DNA of 18,143 nucleotides from Octopus sinensis (GCF_006345805.1 NW_021824601.1:1-18143); one strand, 5' to 3'; counted from the first letter of the stretch, positions 9,106-17,780 are shown. Notes: a model not told the origin generated them from the sequence alone. Numbers and translations are program-made.

Positions 9106-9506
9106 GTGAGTTTTCCTGCAGTTGGACCAACACCACACAGCAGCGACGTTAAGGAAATAAAAATCAACACCAAGCTGTTCTATATTGTTTCCCACAAAAA
9201 GAATAAGAAATGACAACGTAGGAGTGTAAACAACTAAAAACAGAGACCCTAATCTGTTGATGACGCGAATGACGGTGATGCAAGTGGATTTAAATGTAGT
9301 CATCAGAATCCCAGGCTATTTTGTAATAAAGAAACGACGGCCTGGTCTTATGGATATGGTTTGACTTGACATAAATCTCTGATTGCTAATTTGTCAGTTC
9401 CTTATTAAACACAATATCCAGTGGATACATTAATGAAAAGGTCTAAAATGTGAAAGAATTAGGGAGCCGTATGAGTTCATAGACTGACATATTACGATGC
9501 TTCAGA

Positions 9507-9612
9507 AGGGCGGCGAGCTGGCAGAAACGTTAGCACGCCGGGCGAAATGCGTAGCCGTATTTCGTCTGCCGTTACTTTCTGAGTTCAAATTTCGTGGGTA
9601 ATAAAGAAATAG
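9507..9612 (+). mobile_element. 106-bp mini SINE-B (head joined directly to tail) with perfect 14-bp TSD
   Basis: TACGATGCTTCAGA at 9493-9506 and 9613-9626; GAGTTCAAATTTCG is joined to TGGGTAATAAAGAAATAG. Confidence 0.9.
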
Positions 9613-9779
9613 TACGATGCTTCAGATAGAATAGAATGTTGGGAGTTTGTGGAAAGATCCACAATATATAACTGATGTTATCTGCAGCCGACAGTTAATG
9701 AGAGGAGAGGGTTTCGCATTGCAAGAAACGCACGCACACACACACACTCGTAAAGCTTACACAGCTGGATTCCTTTTAA

Positions 9780-9929
9780 TTGTGTGTGTGTGTGTGTGTG
9801 CACATATATAATATGTACATATATATGTGTGTGTTTGTATATATACACACACACACACATATATATGTGTATATATGTGTGTGTGTGTATGTATACACGT
9901 ATATATATGTGTATATATATATATGTGTG

Positions 9930-9960
<31 letters not shown>

Positions 9961-9962
9961 AT
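9780..9962. repeat. (TG)n/(TA)n compound microsatellite
   Basis: Directly visible. Confidence 0.95.
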
Positions 9963-10054
9963 ACGCGACTGAGTGGACAAAGGAAAGAAAAGGGCATTCA
10001 ACACATTCGGTAGAAGTTACATGTATTACTTAAAATAGCTTGATTCGGCTTCGG

Positions 10055-10169
10055 GCTGCTTCAAGTTTCTCAGGCCCCTGATGAGATCTCGACTCCTTTC
10101 TGGCTTTTGGAATGACCGAAGACCAAAGGAGTCGAGTTCCCGTTAGGGGCCAGCGAAACTTGAAGTTGC
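10055..10169 (+). other. Long imperfect inverted repeat / RNA hairpin candidate
   Basis: CTTCAAGTTTC pairs with GAAACTTGAAG, GGCCCCT with AGGGGCC, CTCGACTCCTTT with AAAGGAGTCGAG; 5-nt loop AATGA at 10111-10115. Confidence 0.8.
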
Positions 10170-10418
10170 AAGGAACCTAGTCAAACCGTTTTAAATAACA
10201 CACACACACATAAGCAGACTCAGAGATACACACACACATACCTACATACATAACGGACACACACACACACTCACATATATGCACCTATGAATATAGTTGT
10301 GCTATAACATAACGAGGAGACTATACATCAGAACATTTCATGGCAGGTTAAACCTCCACACATAGTAACGACCGTACGTATAGATAGCAATAAATCCCGC
10401 CACAAGAGAAAATTTCAC

Positions 10419-10820
10419 GGCTGTGTGGTAAGTAGCTTGTTTATCAACCACATGGTTCCGGGTTCAGTCCCACTGCGTGGCACCTTCGGCAAGTGTCTTC
10501 TACTATAGCCTCGGGCCGACCAAAGCCTTGTGAGTGGATTTGGTAGACGGAAACTGAGAGAAGCCCGTCGTATATATGTATATATATATATATGAGTGTG
10601 TGTGTGTCTGTGTTTTTCCCCCAAGCATTGCTTGACAACCGATGCTGGTGTGTTTATGTCCCCGTTACTTAGCGGTTCGGCAAAAGAGACCGATAGAATA
10701 AGCACTGGGATTACAAAAGAATAAGTCCCGGGGTCGAGTTGCTCGATTAAAGGCGGTGCTCCAGCATGGCCGCAGTCAAATGACTGAAACAAGTAAAAGA
10801 GTAAAAAGAGTAAAAGAGTA
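10419..10820 (+). mobile_element. SINE-A, near full length
   Basis: GGCTGTGTGGTAAG to GAAACAAGTAAAAGAGTAAAAAGAGTAAAAGAGTAA. Confidence 0.95.
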
Positions 10821-10904
10821 ATCCAGGCCTTCCCTGCTTCCACACATACACCAAGATTTCCCTTAGCATCTTCCTTGATATAATATTTATGTATTTATAA
10901 CAAT

Positions 10905-11559
10905 GCCTTTCATCCCTTCGGGGTCGATAAATTAAGTACCAGTTACGCACTGGGGTTGATATAATCGATTTAATTCGTTTGTCTGTCCTTGTTTGTCCTC
11001 CTCTCTGTGTTTAGCCCCTTGTGGGTAGTAAAGAAATAGGTATTTCGTCTGCCGCTCCGTTCTGAGTTCAATTCCGCCGAGGTCGACTTGCCTTTCATCC
11101 TTTCGAGTCGATAAATTAAGAACCAGTTACGCACTGGGGTTGATATAATCGATTTAATTCGTTTGTCTGTCCTTGTTTGTCCTCCTCTCTGTGTTTAGCC
11201 CCTTGTGGGTAGTAAAGAAATAGGTATTTCGTCTGCCGCTCCGTTCTGAGTTCAAATTCCGCCGAGGTCGACTTTGCCTTTCATCCTTTCGAGGTCGATA
11301 AATTAAGAACCAGTTACGCACTGGGGTTGATATAATCGATTTAATTCGTTTGTCTGTCCTTGTTTGTCCTCCTCTCTGTGTTTAGCCCCTTGTGGGTAGT
11401 AAAGAAATAGGTATTTCGTCTGCCGCTCCGTTCTGAGTTCAAATTCCGCCGAGGTCGACTTTGCCTTTCATCCTTTCGAGGTCGATAAATTAAGAACCAG
11501 TTACGCACTGGGGTTGATATAATCGATTTAATTCGTTTGTCTGTCCTTGTTTGTCCTCT
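10905..11559 (+). repeat. Headless tandem array (~3.5 units, 184-187 bp) of the SINE-B downstream module
   Basis: Junctions AAAGAAATAGG|TATTTCG at ~11040, 11224 and 11411; units nearly identical to each other. Confidence 0.95.
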
Positions 11560-11580
11560 GCGATAAATATATGTAGCACG

Positions 11581-11653
11581 CAAACACACACACACACACA
11601 CACACACCACACACACACACACACACAACACACACACACACACACACACACAC
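11581..11653. repeat. (AC)n microsatellite
   Basis: Directly visible. Confidence 0.95.
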
Positions 11654-11926
11654 TCAGATACACAATGTAATATGCTTTTATAAATATATGGATAATTATT
11701 TTGCGTATAGAAGTTCTCTTCGTTAAATATTTATCTTAAGTGTGTATTTAGCCAGTATTCTTCAATGCCTCAGTAATTTAAAAAGCGTTGACATATGTAC
11801 AATGAAAATTTAATGAACAATGTTATCCCCGAAATAATGTCGTATAGATAGAAAGTGTGTCTGAATCAATATTATAAAGTGTGTATGAATCCCTCCATGG
11901 GAATATATGACCTTGTCATGATGGAA

Positions 11927-12138
11927 GCACTCCGTCGGTTACGACGACAAGGGTTCCAGTTGATCCGAATCAACGGAACAGCCTGCTCGTGAAATTAACG
12001 TGCAAGTGGCTGAGCACTCCACAGACACGTGTACCCTTAACGTAGTTCTCGGGGATGGATATTCAGCGTGACACAGAGAGTGACAAGGCCGGTCGGCCCT
12101 TTGAAATACAGGTACAACAGAAACAGGAAGTAAGAGTG
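11927..12138 (-). mobile_element. 5'-truncated SINE with the family-C tail
   Basis: GCACTCCGTCGGTTACGACGAC...CCCTTAACGTAGTTCTC...CCTTTGAAATACAGGTACAAC is homologous to the reverse complement of ~908-1085. Confidence 0.85.
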
Positions 12139-12239
12139 GGTCATACCATACAGTGACAAAGCGAATACGCAGAACAATGGGATGTGGTTATTGTTGGGAG
12201 GACTTTGATCATAGGCGAGTACGAGCAGAGATGAAAAGG

Positions 12240-12555
12240 GCCAAGCAATAATAACGGAAACAACAACAGCAACAACAATAACGCCAACAGCAGCTTTACT
12301 GCAAAGACAAGGGCAACAACAACAACAACAACAACTGCCATAAAAAAGCAACAACAACAACAGCAGCAGCAGCCGTTCAAGAATTTGGACCTGGAGACCT
12401 CCATTTCCAGCGACTTCCAGGGCCACCACCTCCCAGTGGTGTCGGGCGTCAACGAAGAGCCCTCGACTACAAGTCTGGGGTCTCCCGCCCCCCAAGCCCT
12501 AGACCATCACCTAATCACCCTTACCCGTCTTGTTGCTTAACAACAACAACAACAA

Positions 12556-12588
<33 letters not shown>

Positions 12589-13245
12589 TAGTAATGGTGG
12601 TGTTGTTGGTGGTGGTGGTGCTGGTAGCGTGGCGGCAGCGGCAACAGTAACAATAGTAGTAGTAGTAGTAGTAGCAGTAGTAGTAGTAGTAGTAGTGATA
12701 ATGGTGATGGTGGCAGCAGTAGCATACTGTTCAAGAATTTGGACCTGGAGATCTCCAATTCCAGCGACTTCGAGGGCCACCTCCCAGTGGTGTCGGGCGT
12801 CAACGAAGAGCCCTTGACTACAACAAGACGACCAAAGTTTTTTTCCCCAAGGTCTGGGATCTCCCGCCCCTAAGCCCTAGACCAGTGGTTTTCAACCAGG
12901 GTTCCGCCAGTACAGTTCAGGGGTTCCGCAAGAAGTTACAAAACTGCTAAAATCGGCAGTAATTTTTACTTCTCCTGTGCAGATATGTGTGCATAAGACT
13001 ATTAAATTATTGCACAGGGGTTCCTCGAGCCAGTGGAATGTTTCCTTGGGGTTCCGCTCCAGCAAAAAGTTTGAAAAGCACTGCCCTAGACTATCACCTA
13101 ATCACCCTTACCCGTCATGTTGCTTAACAACAGCAGCAACAGCAAGAACACCGACGGCAGCTTAACAGTAAAACACAAAGGCAACAACACCAACAACAAC
13201 AGCGACAAAAATAAATTAGCGCCAACAGCAACAACTAGAATAAAG
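12240..13245 (+). repeat. ~2.5-unit tandem duplication: GC-rich core (12373-12540; 12727-13127) flanked by CAA/CAG/AGT/GGT trinucleotide linkers
   Basis: Cores start 354 bp apart (GTTCAAGAATTTGGACCTGGAGA...). The linker AACGCCAACAGCAGCTTTACTGCAAAGACAAGGGCAACAAC recurs in diverged form after the second core. Confidence 0.9.
12883..13083. mobile_element. Charlie-type hAT MITE, 201 bp, perfect 8-bp TSD
   Basis: TIRs CAGTGGTTTTCAA / TTGAAAAGCACTG. TSD CCCTAGAC at 12875-12882 and 13084-13091, with an empty paralogous site at 12497-12504. Confidence 0.93.
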
Positions 13246-13389
13246 CAATTAACAAAATAGAATTAGTCATCGTGTAGCATTGTTCATTTTCCGTCTTTCG
13301 CTGCTTGTCTGAATATGTAAAGAAGGCGCTAATAGAGGAAGCAAGCTTTGCCAAATATAGGCATGTTTGAAAAATTTAATTAAACAGAC

Positions 13390-13510
13390 TGGTTAGAGAG
13401 CGGGATAGGACAGTTCACAGCATTTTCATAACTTGCTGCGCTCCGAGTTCAAATCCGGCCGAGGTCAAATTTTGCCTTTCACGCCTTCGGAGTCCAGTAA
13501 ATAAAGAAAA
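13390..13510 (+). mobile_element. Old SINE-B-related fragment
   Basis: GAGTTCAAATCCGGCCGAGGTCAAATTTTGCCTTTCACGCCTTCGG. Confidence 0.6.
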
Positions 13511-13565
13511 ATAAAACGTGCAGACGGAACTGCTAAATAGTTAGTCTAAGAGGACTTGCAGGATC

Positions 13566-14175
13566 GGATCTTTTCAATTTGATGGCCAGATTTTTTTGAT
13601 TAATTTATTTTTAAACCTAAATACTTTGAAACTTCGGATACTGGTAGAACGAATCACATAGAACAGGGTCTACTCTTGACGTTTTTGACAAAATTTTGTA
13701 TTTTAGAAGTTACTAGCAGTATCGCCCGGCGTTGCTCGGGTTTGTAAGGGAAATAACTATACAGCATTTTTAGAGAGTTATAGCCAAAAAAATAGAAAAA
13801 AATGGAAAAAATATGATGGTAATTTTTTTTTTAAATCGTTGACTCATCGTAGACATTTTTAGAGAGTTACTTCCCTTTAAAAAAATATGCATGAAAATGG
13901 AAAAAAATGATGGTAAATTATTTTTAAAATCGTAGACTCATCGTAGACGCGCGCTAATACCCAGAAGGGCTCGATATGAATCACGACTATAAGATACCCG
14001 GTTTTGGTTAAACTGCACCGCAAAATGTGGGAGTATTTAGGAATCTAAATCGAAGGGGACAGACACTCACACAACTACAGTTTTATATATATATAGATTT
14101 CATGTTAAAGTTGTCGTATTTGGGTAATTTAAACCAATCAATGACGTGTATTCAGCTGAAAAAAATTACTGCTGC
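13566..14175 (+). mobile_element. Diverged relative of the 3573 GGATC-TIR MITE, split by a Helitron; right end not located
   Basis: GGATCTTTTC..., GATACTGGTAGAA and, after the Helitron, ACCAATCAATGACGT occur in the same order as in 3573-3790. Confidence 0.7.
13713..14097 (-). mobile_element. Non-autonomous Helitron, 385 bp
   Basis: Minus strand starts TC (A|TCTATATAT) and ends with hairpin CCCGAGCAACGCCGGG followed by GATACTGCTAG|T. Inserted in an AT dinucleotide with no TSD; contains an internal ~90-bp tandem duplication. Confidence 0.88.
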
Positions 14176-14469
14176 TGTTTGCGAACAACTTCCGGGACTA
14201 CTCCCCTAAAAAAAACCTTCTTTAATAACCAGAGATGTTTTTATAGCAACATAGGTTTGCTGTATCAGGGTTGATTTGAGGTTAAATAACAACAAAATTA
14301 TTACTGAGACAGACCAACGACGATGCCTGTATGTGGTTGCATGACCTGCTAGAAAGAGTAGCCAAACCTTATTTTATATACAGACTAGAAACAAAAGAAT
14401 CATTTTATTTCTGTGGCGCGATATTTAATGTATTTTCGAGCTTTAACTACTGCAAGTGGTTTAACATCC

Positions 14470-14886
14470 TTTCTATCTATCTACCTGCCTATCTACCTGT
14501 TTACCTATCTATCTACCTACATGTCTATCTACCTGTCTACCTACCTACCTATCTATCTACCCCTCTATCTATCTACCTGTTTACCTATCTACCTACCTAC
14601 CTATCTAACTATCTATCTATCTACCTACCTGTCTATCTCTCTATCTACCTACCTACCTATCTATCTACTTGTTTACTTATCTATCTACCTACCTATCTAT
14701 CTACCTGTCTACCTACCTACCTATCTATCTACCCCTTTATCTATCTACCTGTTTACTTATCTATCTACCTACCTGTCTATCTACCTATCTATCTACCTGC
14801 CTATCTACCTGTTTACCTATCTATCTACCTACCTACCTATCTATCAACCTCTCTATCTATCTACCTGTCTACCTATCTATCTATCA
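14470..14886. repeat. (CTAT/CTAC) tetranucleotide-based satellite with recurring ACCTGTTTAC / ACCTGTCTAC / ACCCCT variants
   Basis: Directly visible; source of the IYLPTYLS ORFs. Confidence 0.95.
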
Positions 14887-14901
14887 CTACTTCAATCTAC
14901 T

Positions 14902-15026
14902 AGCGTATTCACTTATGGTCAGTTGTATGTTGTTCTAAGTAGGGTTGCAGATCCCTCAGAAGTAAAGATTTTTGCTGATTCAAGTAAATTTACTCTACCA
15001 ACAAGAACCCACGAGCATCTCAATTA
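14902..15026 (+). pseudogene. Helitron RepHel (Pif1-type helicase) C-terminal remnant, motif VI region
   Basis: [24 protein letters not shown] matches the Helitron Pif1 motif VFSHGQLYVALSRV; cut on the right by a SINE-A. Confidence 0.75.
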
Positions 15027-15168
15027 TAAGTAGCTTGCTTACCAACCACATGGTTCCGGGTTCAGTCCCACTGCCTGGCACTTTGGGCAAGTGTCTTTTA
15101 CTATAGCCTCGGGCCGACCAAAGCCTTGTGGAGTGGATTTCGTGGCGGAAACTGAAAGAAGTCCGTCG

Positions 15169-15170
<2 letters not shown>
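15027..15170 (+). mobile_element. SINE-A 5' half ending in its microsatellite
   Basis: TAAGTAGCTTGCTTACCAACC...GAAAGAAGTCCGTCGTATATA; no 3' half follows. Confidence 0.88.
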
Positions 15171-15200
<30 letters not shown>

Positions 15201-15325
15201 TATATATATATATATGTATATATGTATGTTGTGTGGTGTGTGTGTGTGTGGACCGCGTGTGTACCGTTGTTGTGTTTTTTGTGCTTTCTTGTTTGGATTA
15301 ACTATAGATATATATATATTATATA

Positions 15326-15367
<42 letters not shown>

Positions 15368-15575
15368 GCGCGCTACAGAACTAGACCGGGAACATTTTTA
15401 TACCACTTTGTGTGTTCCATTGAAGCAGAATATTTCTTAGTGCAGGTATAAAAGAACAAGTCATATACTACTATTTATAGGAGAGTATTGTAGTTCGCTT
15501 GAAGCATTGTGTATTGTTTGTAAAGAATAACATATTTTGAATGACAGAACAATGCACTACAATACAGTCAATGGT

Positions 15576-15849
15576 CTATAATAACTGTTGTAATTTGGTC
15601 ATCCATAGTCTGATATGATATTTCGGAATAAAATTCCTTTTAGGAATTGATGGAGTCGCTTCTATAATCGGTTTTCCAATGGCTTTTCTTTGTTTTTTCG
15701 GAAACGTCTCAGCAGTGATCTCACGAATCTCCTTCCGGAATTCCTCATGAGAAGTGCGTGAGGTTGGCCATGTCCCAATCTCGTTTTTTTTATATTTTGG
15801 ATAGGCATTGTCTACCTTGTTTAGATGCATGTTATCTATATGTGTCATC
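15576..15849 (-). other. Coding-like segment: terminal-exon candidate or remnant of a LINE ORF2 linker
   Basis: Lies in a 113-codon non-repetitive open frame (15576-15917). Minus-strand pyrimidine tract + CTGAT + CAG|G at 15850/15849. Peptide HEEFRKEIREITAETFPKKQRK loosely resembles RTE EN-RT linkers. Confidence 0.35.
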
Positions 15850-16090
15850 CTGTATGAATCAGAATCAAGCGGTAAAAAAACAAAATGAACTGGCTGTTGT
15901 ATTGTCGAAATAGTCACGAACGAAATGTGAAAAGAATTAGAGGGAAACGTGTTCGAAAGTACACAATTTTTCTAAAATGGCGTTCACAATTGTTGCTTCT
16001 CTTTCTTGGTGTGTACATTATTACCTCAGTGCATGCATAAGTCAGAGTGAGCATTGTGTAACGTTGAGGAATATTGATATTTCTCTCTCC

Positions 16091-16125
<35 letters not shown>

Positions 16126-16196
16126 GCCTTCTCCTTGAATGTGTGTGTCTGTATGCGAGCGTACGTTTTGTGCCATAGGTTATGTGAAAGTGTATG

Positions 16197-16367
16197 GGCG
16201 CAGGAGTCGCTGTATGGTAAGTAGCTTGCTTCCCAACCACATGGTTCCGCGTTCAATACCACTGCGCGGCACCTTGGGCAAGTGTCTTCTACTATAGCCT
16301 TGTGAGTGGCTTTGATAGACGGAAACTGAAAGAAGCCCGTGTTACATATGTATGTGTGTGTTTGTCC
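16197..16367 (+). mobile_element. SINE-A 5' half with a 17-bp internal deletion
   Basis: GGCGCAGGAGTCGCTGTATGGTAAG...CTATAGCCT|TGTGAG; CGGGCCGACCAAAGCCT is missing relative to the copy at 10419. Confidence 0.88.
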
Positions 16368-16645
16368 ACTACATGGACTTATATATATACGCATTTCGAA
16401 CTCTTTATTCTCTCTTAAGTACGAGGCTTAATAAAGATAAATAAATAAGGGCTGGGGTTGATTCATTCAACTAAAGGACCAAAGGAGATCTGCACGCGGT
16501 ACGCGGGGGCCCGGCATGGCCGCGGTTTATACATTATATATATATAGTTATATAGGATATTCTGTAAGAATGTAGAGCACAGTATAAAGCGCGTCCACCT
16601 TCAGATTTCACTGTGGTACCCATTAGTAGTATTATATGTACTTCT

Positions 16646-16980
16646 AAGATCGAAGAGCTTGGTTGGGAAAAAATTCCTCATCCACCTTATTCTCCCGACC
16701 TTGCTCCTTCAGACTACCGTTTGTTTTCGTAGTTTACAGAATTATTTGTGGGACATAACTTTCGCAAAGCCAAGGAGATCGAAACTGAGATTTCAGAGCT
16801 CTTCGATTAGAAACCAAAAGAGTTTTTACATGATGGGATTAAAATCTTGTAAATATATGGAAGGAAGTCATAGATAAGCAGGGAAAGTACATTGATGATT
16901 AAATTTCAGTTAAATATAACATTTGATCACTTGTTTTTCTTTATTCAAAATTCGAACAGAACTTATGGGATGACCTGATA
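16646..16980 (+). mobile_element. Mariner (Tc1/mariner) relic: transposase C-terminus plus right TIR
   Basis: KIEELGWEKIPHPPYSPDLAPSDYRLF carries the mariner YSPDLAPSD motif, followed by a frameshift and stops and then WKEVIDKQGKYIDD*. The end CTTATGGGATGACCTGA+TA resembles a mariner TIR plus TA. Confidence 0.88.
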
Positions 16981-16989
16981 CTTTACTGT

Positions 16990-17372
16990 AAGGCAGCGAG
17001 CTGGCAGAAACGTTAGCACGCCGGGCGAAATGCTTAGAAGATTTTCGTCTGTCTTTATGTTATGAGTTCAAATTCCGCCGAGGTCGACTTTGCCTTTCAT
17101 CCTTTGTTTGTCCTTGTTTGTCCTCTCTGTTTAGCTCCTTGTGGGCAATAAAGAAATAAGAAATGTGAGCACGCCGGGCGAAATGCTTAGCAGTTTTTCG
17201 TCTGTCTTTACGTTCTGGGCCGAGGTCGACTTTGCCTTTCATCCTTTCGGGGTTGATTAAATAAGTACCAGTTACGCACTGCGATCAATGTAATCGACTT
17301 AATTCCTGTCTGTCTGTCTGTCCTTGTTTGCCACTCTATTTTTAGCCCCTTGTGAGCAATAAAGAAATAAAT
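16990..17372 (+). mobile_element. SINE-B dimer with a different junction and internal deletions
   Basis: Tail AAAGAAATAAGAAAT runs into GTGAGCACGCCGGGCG (re-entry near the start of the head). TTTACTGT on both flanks is a possible short TSD. Confidence 0.85.
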
Positions 17373-17684
17373 AATATTTTACTGTGCACGTGTATGGCAA
17401 GCAAATAGATAAGCACATACATACATACACGTGTATGTGCGTGCGTGTGTTGTATCCGGGTACTAATGGTATCGATCGAAATGCACCGTAAACAAGGAGT
17501 GTGTGTGGGGGATGGATTAGGGGTAGCTGGTTTATTATTTACACTTAACTCGTCATCGCAACACAATAGGTTGCATACGGCCTCCACTCCGCTACCTCTT
17601 TCACCCCACAGAAATGTGCGCATATAGCAACGGACACACAGGATAATTCTGGGCTTAACATCCCCCCTCCCTGTCGCTCTCCTA

Positions 17685-17726
17685 TCCATCTATCTATCTG
17701 TCTGTCTGTCTATATATAAATATATT

Positions 17727-17778
<52 letters not shown>
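17685..17778. repeat. TATC/TGTC, (TG)n and (GA)n microsatellites
   Basis: Directly visible. Confidence 0.9.

Positions 17779-17780
<2 letters not shown>

Noticed and set aside
9058-9303. GPCR-like words (FVGN...FYFLNVA) in a minus-strand ORF
   Set aside because: Spacing between the TM1-like and TM2-like words is far too short, and the conserved TM2 Asp is absent.
10078-10159. Hammerhead ribozyme (CTGATGA ... GAAAC)
   Set aside because: I could not build stems I and II around the core in type I or type III topology; the motif words are paired within the rod.
10078-10165. C/D box snoRNA (TGATGA box C)
   Set aside because: No downstream CTGA box D, and the region is almost fully base-paired.
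11040-11223. 184-bp versus 187-bp unit as a real variant class
   Set aside because: The three missing bases are single-base losses in short homopolymers, which could be long-read consensus errors.
12037-12803. Minus-strand poly-Leu/Cys/Val ORFs that look like membrane proteins
   Set aside because: Antisense readings of CAA/CAG/AGT repeats; the codon bias favours the plus frame.
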